Source: a bacterium
GTDB lineage: Bacteria; UBA8248
Direction of reading: 5' to 3'
Assembly (NCBI GenBank): GCA_965221165.1
Contig: CBDCRP010000002.1
Coordinates: forward strand, 608,001 to 672,000
Length of the DNA: 64,000 bases
The position numbers and the translations under genes are program-made. The notes beneath the pieces were generated by a model. It was not told where the DNA came from and did not search any database. It saw only the letters and a list, made by a program, of their open reading frames with translations. The number at the start of each line of letters is the position of its first letter. The first letter of the stretch is position 1. This document shows positions 11,109-20,077 of the stretch, in pieces.

Positions 11109-11936
11109 CTACTCTGGATTCTCGAACCTGGCGTCGCGCCATGCCACGGCGGCGCGCAAGCCTTCCGTTCGCGCAATCTCGAGGAAGCGGGCCTTATCCC
11201 CGGTTCCCCTGCCCTCGATCATCAGGTCGATGTCGAGCGCGGCTTCGAGCGCGCGGCCCATCCCCATGATCTCAAAGCTGCGGTTCAGCGCCAGCTTGGT
11301 CGCGCGCAGGAGGCTCTGATCCATCGGCGTCATTTTCTCCGCCAAGGACATGGCGGTATCGAGCACCTCCGCCTCTGGAACCACCCGGTTCACCAGCCCT
11401 ATGCGATGGGCCTCAGCCGTCGGGATGCCGTCCTCTCCGGTGAGGATTATCTCCTTTGCCAGCTTGGGGTTCGTGAGCCAGGGGAGCAGCATGACGACGA
11501 TGCCTGCGCCGAACTTGAGTTCCGGCTCGCCGAACACGGCGTCTTCCGCCGCCACGGTGATGTCGCACGCCAGCGCAAGCTCACACCCTCCCGCCAGGGC
11601 GTGTCCGCAAACGGCGGCGACCGTGGGTTTGGAGAGGTTCCAAAAGCGCATGACGGCGTCGAAATCCTGCCTAAGCGCGCGCCTCCATTCCGTGAAACCG
11701 ACCGGCGTGTTTTCCGCCTGTTCTTTGAGATCAAAGCCGGAAGAGAATGATTTTCCCTCCCCCGTGAGAACGGCGACGAATATGGAATCATCCGCTTCTA
11801 TCAAGTCGCACGCCTCGTTCAACTCACGCAGCATCGTGCGGTTCATGGCGTTTAGCCGCTCGGGGCGGTTCAGGCTCACGAGCGCGACGTGTCCGCGCAC
11901 CTCGAACAATAGCGTCTCGAAAACGGGCGCGTTCAT
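11109..11936 (-). CDS. enoyl-CoA hydratase/isomerase family
   Basis: LNRPERLNAM, FSSGFDL, AGGCELALACD, FGEPE. Confidence 0.9.
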   Translation of the reverse strand: MNAPVFETLLFEVRGHVALVSLNRPERLNAMNRTMLRELNEACDLIEADDSIFVAVLTGEGKSFSSGFDLKEQAENTPVGFTEWRRALRQDFDAVMRFWNLSKPTVAAVCGHALAGGCELALACDITVAAEDAVFGEPELKFGAGIVVMLLPWLTNPKLAKEIILTGEDGIPTAEAHRIGLVNRVVPEAEVLDTAMSLAEKMTPMDQSLLRATKLALNRSFEIMGMGRALEAALDIDLMIEGRGTGDKARFLEIARTEGLRAAVAWRDARFENPE

Positions 11937-12757
11937 GGGGACTTATGCCTCTTCAAAAATGCCAGAATCGCCGCAGCCGAGGCTTCGGGGCGTTCGGAAT
12001 AGAAATGATGGCCCGTGTTCTCGACGACGACCAGTTCCGCCCCCGGAATTCTCCCGGCCATGCGCCTGGAATTCTCCGTCGGCACGAGAACGTCGGCCTC
12101 GCCCGAGATGACGAGCGTGGGCACTCGCAAAGTCCCGATCTCCTCAGAAACATCAAATTCCGCCATCCCCTTGTTGCGCCTTTCGATTTCTTCTTTGCTG
12201 ATGGGGAAGCGGCGCTTGAAGCCGTCGTAGAAAGCGACCACCTCGGGTCTTTGGTCTATCGTGTGGGGATGGAAAATGGTCTCCAAAGCCGCCCGGCGCT
12301 CTTGTTCGGTCGCCTCGGGCGCGCCGCCGCGCGCGCGCGTTTCCCGGACGCCCGGTGCGGCCGCGACCTTCTCCTCTCCTCCGAAATGAGAGCACGCGAC
12401 GATGAGGCTCTTGAGTCTGGAGGCATGTTCGACGGCGAATGAGAGAGCGATAGTCCCGCCGTAAGAGCCGCCCATGAGGTGAAAAGAATCGAGACCCAGG
12501 CCATCGACCAGCCCCAGGAGGTCTTCCGCCATGCGCGCAGGCGCGCGGTCGCCATCATCGGCATGCGCCTTCGTTCTGCCCGTCCCCCGGTTGTCCGGCA
12601 TGACGAGGCGGTATTTTGCCGCGAGAAGGGGCCGGAGATTCCCCCAGACCTCCACCGTGGCCGTCAAGCCGCCGACCATCACCAGCGGCTCGCCCGCACC
12701 CTCTTCCTCGTAGTAGACCTCGATTTTTCCCCTGTTCTCGATTTCCAGCGTCGCCAC
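11933..12757 (-). CDS. alpha/beta hydrolase
   Basis: DNRGTG, GGSYGG nucleophile elbow, GEAD acid, GHH base. Confidence 0.88.
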   Translation of the reverse strand: MATLEIENRGKIEVYYEEEGAGEPLVMVGGLTATVEVWGNLRPLLAAKYRLVMPDNRGTGRTKAHADDGDRAPARMAEDLLGLVDGLGLDSFHLMGGSYGGTIALSFAVEHASRLKSLIVACSHFGGEEKVAAAPGVRETRARGGAPEATEQERRAALETIFHPHTIDQRPEVVAFYDGFKRRFPISKEEIERRNKGMAEFDVSEEIGTLRVPTLVISGEADVLVPTENSRRMAGRIPGAELVVVENTGHHFYSERPEASAAAILAFLKRHKSP

Positions 12758-12776
12758 TTGAAACTCCTATCAGGCC

Positions 12777-13955
12777 TTACGCGCCCAGTTTTTCGGCCAT
12801 CCAGTCCGCCATGTGACCCACGACGGGCGCGATGTAGTCCATGTGGCAATGCTGGGAGCCGCCGTCTGTCCCCTGGTAGACCCGGAGCGTCTTATCCCTG
12901 GAACCCGCCGCCTTGTAGAGCGATTTTGCATCCGCGAGCGGTATTTGCTGATCGTCTTCCCCGTGCACCAACAGGAAGGGGCACTTCATCTTCTGCACCA
13001 CGCCGTCGAGCCGGAAGCCCTCGAGCTTTTCCAAGCCCTCCTCCGCCGTCTTGACGTTAAAACTCCAAGCCAGATGGTTACCCGGCGAGGGGAGCTGAAT
13101 CTTGAACGCCGCGTCGATGCGCCTTTTCCAGATCGCGTGGTAGTCCCATATTGCGCCGTGGGCGACGCAAGCCTTGAATCGGCGCTCCATGCCGGCGGTT
13201 CTGGGCGCGTAATATCCCCCCAGACTCGACGCCATGATGCCTGCGCGCTTCGCGTTCACGTCTTTACGCTTCTCCAACCAGTCGAGAATGGCGGAACCCG
13301 CCACCTCGTAGTCGTGCCTCAAATAGATCTTGCGAAAGCGGATGGCCTCGCCCACTCCGGGGGTGTCGGGCACCACCACGCTCATGCCGCGCCGGGCGAG
13401 TTCCATCGCCGAGATGATCACGGGCGATTCCTTGGTGCCGTCGAAGCCGGTATAGAGCACGACCACGGGCGGCTTGGATTTGCGCGTGTTTTCCGCGTGG
13501 ATGAAATAGCCGGGCAGCGATTTGCCCCCCTCATAGGGAATCTCGACAATCTCCGTCTTGGGCCTGTCGATCAGGCGGACGTAGCGCTTGAAGCTGTCGA
13601 TGGATTTCCGGTACACGCCCTGCGATACCTTATCCTTCGGGAAGCGAAACCGATCGGCCATCTGATGATAGGTGGCGGAACGGCAAAAATGGCCCGCCGC
13701 CGTCAAGTTATGGCCGCGCCGCAAGGCAGCCATCCCCATCGCGCGCAAGCGATCGCCCATGTGGGCCCACTCCTCGAACCAGTGCTTGTCGCTGCCGGGG
13801 TTTTTCTCGAGATTTCTGCAGACCTCAAAGATTTCCGCCGTGTCGGCCCCGCCGCCCGCCACGCGCATCAGGCCGATGGAGACGATGAACGACCAGCGAT
13901 AGTTATCGGGAAAGTATGTGAACCATGGAATATTGCGTACCGCGTTGACGACCAT
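12777..13955 (-). CDS. alpha/beta hydrolase, 2,6-dihydroxypseudooxynicotine-hydrolase-like
   Basis: VEIPYEG, GFDGTKE, ASSLGGYYAPR, HGEDD, QHCH. Confidence 0.8.
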   Translation of the reverse strand: MVVNAVRNIPWFTYFPDNYRWSFIVSIGLMRVAGGGADTAEIFEVCRNLEKNPGSDKHWFEEWAHMGDRLRAMGMAALRRGHNLTAAGHFCRSATYHQMADRFRFPKDKVSQGVYRKSIDSFKRYVRLIDRPKTEIVEIPYEGGKSLPGYFIHAENTRKSKPPVVVLYTGFDGTKESPVIISAMELARRGMSVVVPDTPGVGEAIRFRKIYLRHDYEVAGSAILDWLEKRKDVNAKRAGIMASSLGGYYAPRTAGMERRFKACVAHGAIWDYHAIWKRRIDAAFKIQLPSPGNHLAWSFNVKTAEEGLEKLEGFRLDGVVQKMKCPFLLVHGEDDQQIPLADAKSLYKAAGSRDKTLRVYQGTDGGSQHCHMDYIAPVVGHMADWMAEKLGA

Positions 13956-14113
13956 GCGCGCTCTCCTTAAATGCCAAAATCTGGAATAAAACAACTTTCA
14001 TAGATGATGAAAGTATACGCGAGATGACGCTTTTCTTGGAATCGGGTTATGATTTCCCAATCAAAACAAAGAACACCTTTCCGCAATCCATCATTTTGAC
14101 AGGAGAGTCATAC

Positions 14114-14530
14114 ATGCCTTTTTACCGCACCGAAACCATCGAGAACGTACAGCTCAGCACGGGAAACCCGGGTGAGTACAAGCTCCTCGGCGGGGAGTTC
14201 ATGAAGGCGGGCGTCGTCACCTACCGTAAGGGCACGGGCTCCAAACCCCACTGGCACAACAACGAGGAGCAGTACGTCTACATCATCGAGGGCAAGCGAT
14301 ACATGCGACTGGGCGATGAGGAGCGAATCATCGGCCCCGGCGACATCCTCCACATTCCCCGGGGAACGCTCCACGGCGGCAGGACGCTCACCGAAAAGGC
14401 GGTGATGTTCGTGTCGAAATCACCCGCCGAAGACCCCGACCTGGGCGCGGACCACCACTATCCGGACGATCTGGCGGACATCATCGCGCACTTAAACGCC
14501 AAGGCCGAGGAACTCTACGGTAAGGTGTAG
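14114..14530 (+). CDS. cupin domain protein
   Basis: PHWHNNEEQ and HIPRGTLHG cupin motifs; AGGAG RBS. Confidence 0.88.
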   Translation: MPFYRTETIENVQLSTGNPGEYKLLGGEFMKAGVVTYRKGTGSKPHWHNNEEQYVYIIEGKRYMRLGDEERIIGPGDILHIPRGTLHGGRTLTEKAVMFVSKSPAEDPDLGADHHYPDDLADIIAHLNAKAEELYGKV

Positions 14531-14649
14531 TGGCTTTCCTTCCTCGGGACTGCCCAACAATTCGCGACCTGTCCCTACCGTGAGTTCTCCCTGGTGACGT
14601 TTGGCGCGGGTGGAGGTGGTGTCCGCCACTGAATAAGCGTGATGCTAGT

Positions 14650-14808
14650 GTAGGGGCCGCATACATGCGGCCCACGGTTTGATATTCACAGATTTCGTAA
14701 GAACGCGCCGCAACACGGGAGGAAGAATTGCGACGCCCGTGGTCTTCGCCCCCTCCGGGAGGGTCGCATATATGGGTGGGGCGGTCCCAAGGAGGGACCG
14801 CCACCTAC
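14650..14808. repeat. GTAG-type REP / REPIN-like element
   Basis: GTAG-GGGCCGCATACATGCGGCCC hairpin at 14650 and inverted GGCGGTCCC-aagga-GGGACCGCC-ac-CTAC ending 14808, between convergent cupin genes. Confidence 0.6.
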
Positions 14809-14831
14809 GATGCAGGCGGCAATCACTTCCC

Positions 14832-15212
14832 CTAGAACGGATCGTCCGCAGGCGGCGCATCGGGCGCGGCTTCGCCCGCGGCCACGCCTTTCAGGCTCCA
14901 GGTGGTGTCCTTGACGTAGATGGCTTCGACCTCTTCGACGATCTCCGCCGCGTGTACCTCGTTCGCAGGCACGTGGATGACGTCGCCCGGCCCCAAATCG
15001 TATTCCTCTCCCCCCATCGTGAACTTCTGCCTTCCGCGCATGATGTAGATGAACTGCTCGCAGGCGTGGTAATGGGGCTTCGCCTCGGTGCCCGCCTCCC
15101 AAATGCGGTGGCAGAAATACATCTTCTCCCCCTTGATGGTCTCGCCGTGGCCCGAGGAGAGGCCGGGGTTCTGGTGCACGTCCTTCAAGTTTTCGAATCT
15201 GTATATGGGCAT
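14832..15212 (-). CDS. cupin domain protein
   Basis: PHYHACEQ and HVPANEVH motifs; AGGAG RBS. Confidence 0.88.
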   Translation of the reverse strand: MPIYRFENLKDVHQNPGLSSGHGETIKGEKMYFCHRIWEAGTEAKPHYHACEQFIYIMRGRQKFTMGGEEYDLGPGDVIHVPANEVHAAEIVEEVEAIYVKDTTWSLKGVAAGEAAPDAPPADDPF

Positions 15213-15316
15213 TTCATACTCCTGCATATAAGGCCTCTCGCCGAAAATGCGAGAGGAACTCAAAAACGATACTGAAAATGGGCCTTGCATACTTCTTCGT
15301 TTTCAACCCCCGCGCG

Positions 15317-16201
15317 TCACCCCCGCACCTTGCGGATAAACCGCGCCACCGCTTGGCCAATCTCGTCGGGGCAATCCTCCTGCCCGTAGTGGCGCGTCGG
15401 GATGGTTATCTCCTCCTGATTCGGCCACTCCCGGCAAAACGAGCGCGCGGCCCCGGCCAGCGCGTGGCCGTACTCGCAGTTGATGAAGAGTTTCGGCAAA
15501 TCCTCGCTCGCGCGCAGATATTCGCTGTATCGCTTCACGATCTCGTAGTTATCTTGAGGCTCGCCCTCGAAGGGAATCTCACAGGCCCACTGGTGGGTCT
15601 GCCTTCTTTTCTGGGGATCCTCGGTGGGCGCGCGGTACGCCTCTTTTTCCGCCTCGCTCAAATCGCGCACGACCCCGCGTTTGAGGAGCATGGTCTCCAC
15701 GAAGAAATTCTCCTCCATGACCATCTGAAGCCCCGCCTCGCCGCGCAGCGTCTTGAACTGCGCCACCCTGTCTTCGGGCATGTCGGTCCAAAGGCGCGGC
15801 CGCACCATGGACTCCATATAGGAGAGGCCGACCACCTGTTCGGGATACCGGGAGACGCGGTTGAACCCGAGCGCGGCCCCCCAGTCGTGCAGCACCAAAA
15901 ACGCATTTTTAGTCGCTCCCACGGCCTCGAACCACGCATCCATAAAGGGAATGTGATCCGCATACCGGCAGCCGCCGCCGGGAATGTTGTCCGACGCCCC
16001 GCTGTTCATGAGGTCGGGCGCCAGGCATCGCCCCAGGCCTTCCAAATGGGGGATCACGTTTCGCCACAGATAAGAAGTCGCCGGATTCCCGTGCAAGAGC
16101 ACGATGGGCGCGCCTTCTCCGGCTTCGATATACGCCATCTCCGCGTCGAGCACTTTCACGCGCTTTCTCTCATAGGGATCATCGGGGGAGACGGGACTCA
16201 T
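15317..16201 (-). CDS. haloalkane dehalogenase (DhaA/LinB-like)
   Basis: LLHGNPATSYLWRN, LHDWG nucleophile, YMES acid, HYGQED base. Confidence 0.9.
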   Translation of the reverse strand: MSPVSPDDPYERKRVKVLDAEMAYIEAGEGAPIVLLHGNPATSYLWRNVIPHLEGLGRCLAPDLMNSGASDNIPGGGCRYADHIPFMDAWFEAVGATKNAFLVLHDWGAALGFNRVSRYPEQVVGLSYMESMVRPRLWTDMPEDRVAQFKTLRGEAGLQMVMEENFFVETMLLKRGVVRDLSEAEKEAYRAPTEDPQKRRQTHQWACEIPFEGEPQDNYEIVKRYSEYLRASEDLPKLFINCEYGHALAGAARSFCREWPNQEEITIPTRHYGQEDCPDEIGQAVARFIRKVRG

Positions 16202-16255
16202 GGACGACTCCAAAATCAAGAATCATGATTAGAGAGGGCGCGCATCGCGCCCGCT

Positions 16256-16627
16256 TCAGTTGGGCGCGCCCTCTTCCTGCCTGGGCTCGATGAGTTCCAG
16301 CCGCGCGTCGCCCTCCAGCATCCCCACCCTATAGAGGGTGTGCGCCAGAGACTGCGGGGATTTTAATACGCGCACCCTTTGAGAGCCGCTCAACAGCAGC
16401 CGGACCAGATCTACCATGCGGGCGACGGCGGCGCCGTCGAGCAATTCCAGTTCTTCTAAATCCAAGTGTGATAGCTCAGCACCCAGAACCTGGCTTTCCA
16501 TCGCCTCCAGGACGCGGGCCGCTCCACCGGCGTCCAAGTCTCCTGCGAGTATGAAGCGCGCGCCCGAGACGGATTTTCTGAGTTCATAGTGAGGATGCGA
16601 AAGCAGGGTTTGTTGCTTGGAGTTCAC
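16256..16627 (-). CDS. STAS-like domain hypothetical protein
   Basis: LAGDLDA...LDLEELELLDG pattern resembling STAS/anti-sigma antagonist fold. Confidence 0.5.
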   Translation of the reverse strand: MNSKQQTLLSHPHYELRKSVSGARFILAGDLDAGGAARVLEAMESQVLGAELSHLDLEELELLDGAAVARMVDLVRLLLSGSQRVRVLKSPQSLAHTLYRVGMLEGDARLELIEPRQEEGAPN

Positions 16628-16639
16628 CGCGAATGGGAC

Positions 16640-17728
16640 TTAATGGGAATGGGCGTTCGTGAGCGGGAAATCTATGGGCCGGTTTTCTTTCGCGCTGTGC
16701 TCTATAGCCAGCGTCACTTCGAGCACCGTGCGGGCGTGTTCGGGCAGGGCGAGGGAAACGCTCCTGCCCATCGTCACTCTTTCCAGGAAAAGCCTGGTCT
16801 CATCGCGCATCGGCCCCCAGAAATCGCCCACCAGCCAGTCGCCCGCCATCATCGACTCCAAAAAGACGACGTCGGACGTCATGCCGTCCACGTAGGGCGA
16901 GGGAACGCCCTTGTTCGTCGCCATGATGGCGTTTTTGTGCGAATCGTCTATCGCGATGGCCCCCTCGGTGCCCATGACCTCGAGATCGATGGAGGTGATG
17001 TTCGCAGGCCAGTTGTCCGGCAGAATCCAGGAGCAGCCGAAGTTCACGGTGCCGCCGTCCTCGAACGTGAGGATCGCCCACGCCCAATCGCCGCAGCCCA
17101 TGGGATGATGCGGGAACACCTTGCTGCCCCCCTGGGCGTATACGCGCTTGGGTTTTCTGCCCTCGAAATACCAGAGACAAATATCCACCATGTAGGTGAG
17201 CGTATCGGTGACGGGGCCCGCGTGGGCGGCGCGCTTGTATATCTCCGCCCCGTTGGTGGTGACGTTATACAGCGTGGCGCGCGCGGTCTGCAGATGCCCG
17301 AGCCGTCCCCTCTGGATCTGCTCCTTGGCGTTTAAGAAACGGCGTCTTTGCCGCTGCGTGTAGCCGATGAAAAGCTCCGCGCTTGATTTCTCATACGCCG
17401 CGAGAATCCTGTCCGCATCATCCAGAGACAGGGATATCGGTTTTTCGCACAGCACGGGCTTTCCGAGTTCCAGCGCCCGGCAGACGGCGTCGGCATGGTC
17501 GAACTCAGGGGTCGAGACGATGAGGGCGTCCACGTCGGGATGCGCGATTACCGCCTCGTTGTCGCCCGAATGAAAATCGGCCTGCGTCTCTCCTGCGATG
17601 AGCGCAGCGCGTTCGGGGTCTCTGTCCGATAAGGCGAGAAATTTCACCTCCGGCGAACCGGACGCAAGATGCGCGCGCAGCCGCCCCATGCGTCCCGAAC
17701 CTATGATGCCCAATCCGATTTGCTTCAC
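16640..17728 (-). CDS. Gfo/Idh/MocA family oxidoreductase (paralogue 1)
   Basis: GSGRMG, STPEFDH, VLCEKP. Confidence 0.9.
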   Translation of the reverse strand: MKQIGLGIIGSGRMGRLRAHLASGSPEVKFLALSDRDPERAALIAGETQADFHSGDNEAVIAHPDVDALIVSTPEFDHADAVCRALELGKPVLCEKPISLSLDDADRILAAYEKSSAELFIGYTQRQRRRFLNAKEQIQRGRLGHLQTARATLYNVTTNGAEIYKRAAHAGPVTDTLTYMVDICLWYFEGRKPKRVYAQGGSKVFPHHPMGCGDWAWAILTFEDGGTVNFGCSWILPDNWPANITSIDLEVMGTEGAIAIDDSHKNAIMATNKGVPSPYVDGMTSDVVFLESMMAGDWLVGDFWGPMRDETRLFLERVTMGRSVSLALPEHARTVLEVTLAIEHSAKENRPIDFPLTNAHSH

Positions 17729-17786
17729 CTTTTCATCCTTTTAGGTATATAGAGCTAGTTTCAACAACCGGAAAAAAATTTTATCT

Positions 17787-17889
17787 TATTGATATCATTA
17801 CAAATAACTGTTTTCATCAATTTTGTCTCGAATCCGCCTTCCAAAATATGCAATCAAAGCGAAAGCGGATTGATTAAAACTCCTGCGCA
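17787..17889 (+). repeat. ~100-bp imperfect direct repeat, copy 1 (copy 2 at 36417-36518)
   Basis: Both copies run tattgatat...ttttcat...gaatcc...atg(c/t)aatcaaa(g/a)cgaaagcggatt..ttaaaac(t/c)cctgcgca. Confidence 0.75.
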
Positions 17890-17970
17890 AACCGGCGCGT
17901 CCGTGTCGGACGATTGTACAACCCTCCTTCAAAGTACGGCTCGCCTCAGATTCTTTACGTTTATGCTCCT

Positions 17971-18090
17971 AGGCAACCCGGCTCCGATGGACGGCGCATC
18001 CAGAAAGCGCGTCTGCGAAAGACCCTACGGGGCTTTACGCCGATACCGCCACGTGCGACCGCAGGGGAGACGAGCCGGAACGGTCTGCCC
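17971..18090 (-). ncRNA. candidate degenerate c-di-GMP-I (GEMM-I)-like riboswitch
   Basis: Minus strand GGGCAGACCG...CGGU..GGCGUAAAGCCC..GGGUCU...AGCCGGGUUGCC has GEMM-I landmarks in order; no GNRA tetraloop. Confidence 0.35.
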
Positions 18091-18721
18091 ATCATGTCAA
18101 GCAGCAATATATATCATGAACGAAATGCCGGAAAGACCCTTCGCAAATCCACAACAGGAGGAAACACTCGTATCATCCTGGCATAGTCCCGGCGCGGTTA
18201 ATTTGATGGGGACGGGATGGACGTCGGGCAGGTTCGAAAGAAGCAGCGCGATTGAATGAAGGCGCCACCAGACCAAGCCTGCGGCGCAGTCGACAACAGC
18301 GACGATGACCTTCCGAGCAGGACGACGGGCTTGTGGGGATGAGATTGCGTGTCCGGTGACGGAAGCCTAAAATATCTGGCATCCTGTGTAAAGTTTTTCA
18401 GATGGATGAAAAAAGGGTTGGCATGATCATCGATCACCACTTGCCGGAGGGCGTTATAAATGACCTGTTCACAGGGCGGTTCGGGCGGGCGTCACCTTCG
18501 CCTATTTCGGCTTTCCCGAAAACCCGGCCAATTCGGTGGTTCACCGGGTGCCGGACCCCCTGACCAACCGCTATCGCTATAAGCTGGGCAAGGGGAAGTT
18601 GAAGAAGATTGGAGAATCTCCGCACAAGCATTCCCTGACGAGTCTTAGTTTCGTTCCCCGGACGCTTTGATGGAGATGGATGCTTACAAACCCGTAGAAC
18701 CGTGAGGGAGGTTGAAAACGA

Positions 18722-19102
18722 ATGACTCGATCGAGAAGCTTTTTCATCTGCGCCATCGGCGTACTCGGAATGGCGATCTTTTTCTGGTCCTCTAATGACG
18801 GCGTCGCTCAGCAAAAAGGCGACGCTGCGGCCGGCAAGGTCAAATACCAGCAGCTTTGCGCCTCCTGCCACGGGGCGAAGGGCAAGGGCGACGGTCCCGC
18901 TGCCGGTGCGCTCAACCCGAAACCCAGAAATCACACGGACGCCAAATATATGAAGACCATATCGGATGAGTATATCGCCAAGATCACCAAGCTAGGCGGC
19001 GTCGCGGTAGGGAAATCGCCGTTGATGCCCCCCTGGGGCGGAGTTCTTTCGGACCCGGACGTCCGAAACGTAGTCGCATTCATTCGCTCCCTGGCGAAAT
19101 AG
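18722..19102 (+). CDS. monoheme class I cytochrome c
   Basis: Signal peptide, CASCH, distal Met in SPLMPPWG. Confidence 0.93.
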   Translation: MTRSRSFFICAIGVLGMAIFFWSSNDGVAQQKGDAAAGKVKYQQLCASCHGAKGKGDGPAAGALNPKPRNHTDAKYMKTISDEYIAKITKLGGVAVGKSPLMPPWGGVLSDPDVRNVVAFIRSLAK

Positions 19103-19336
19103 GAGCATGGGGATGGATTCAGGGAATCGGGATACTCTCCCCCCCGAGCGCTCCTTTCGGGTCGAGTTGCCCCATTGACTTTTCGACTGCTCACGCCTAT
19201 CTTTTTTTATAGGCGCGAGCTAAGCGCATCGTTGGACCCACGAAATTAGACCCCCGTTCGGGGGGAGGAGAAAGGAGCCCAGGCAAAGTTCGTCCCGCCG
19301 ACATAGGAGCAGAGACTGTTCGAGAGGAGAACACTT

Positions 19337-20077
19337 ATGAAAAAGTGGCGCTCATCCTTGGTACTCGTCGGTTTTCTCCTCACTTCTTTGCTCATCGTCA
19401 CATTCCTTTTCCCCACCGAAACCAAGGCTTTTGAGCGGGATTCCAAATGGGATTCCGTCTATTCGAAGGGTAGCCGGCTCTACCTGACACACTGCGCGGC
19501 CTGCCACGGGAAGGACGGCGAAGGGGGCGTGGGTCTCCCCCTGAACCTGCAAAGCTTCCTGTCCGTCGCGCCCGAAGGGTACATCCGCCGCTCCATCTTC
19601 TACGGGCGGTTGCCGCGTCATATGCTCCCGTTTGGGATTTTCCTGAAGAAGGAAGACATCGAAGCCATCGCCTCCTACGTGCGAAGCTGGCAGCTCCGCG
19701 ACTATGCGGGGATCGATCAAAACCGGGTGGCGGGCTCCGTTTCCCGCGGAAAGCTCTTCTTCGACGGGATGTGCTCCGGTTGCCATGGGCGGGACGGTCT
19801 CGGCGGCCCCCATGTGGGTGGAGGGCACGTGACCAATGCCATGGCGGGTTACGCCGGACCCGCCCTGAATAACCAGGGTTTTCTGAAATCCGCCACCGAC
19901 GGCTACATCAAGGCGACGATGATGCAGGGCCGGGTCGGTACGCCGATGGGCGCCTACCTCAAAGGAAAGCAAGGGATGGTGGAACTGACCGAGGAAGAGA
20001 TTAACGACATCGTCGCTTACATCCGCACCTGGGAAAAGCACGATTCGGGACCCGTAGACCCCTGGAGGGCCAAGTGA
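19337..20077 (+). CDS. diheme class I cytochrome c (His/Met)
   Basis: N-terminal hydrophobic segment; CAACH...HMLPF and CSGCH...TPMGAY. Confidence 0.92.
   Translation: MKKWRSSLVLVGFLLTSLLIVTFLFPTETKAFERDSKWDSVYSKGSRLYLTHCAACHGKDGEGGVGLPLNLQSFLSVAPEGYIRRSIFYGRLPRHMLPFGIFLKKEDIEAIASYVRSWQLRDYAGIDQNRVAGSVSRGKLFFDGMCSGCHGRDGLGGPHVGGGHVTNAMAGYAGPALNNQGFLKSATDGYIKATMMQGRVGTPMGAYLKGKQGMVELTEEEINDIVAYIRTWEKHDSGPVDPWRAK

Noticed and set aside
17789-18700. Short track ORFs in the gap before the cytochrome genes
   Set aside because: No motifs, atypical composition, overlapping repeat and RNA-like sequence; treated as non-coding
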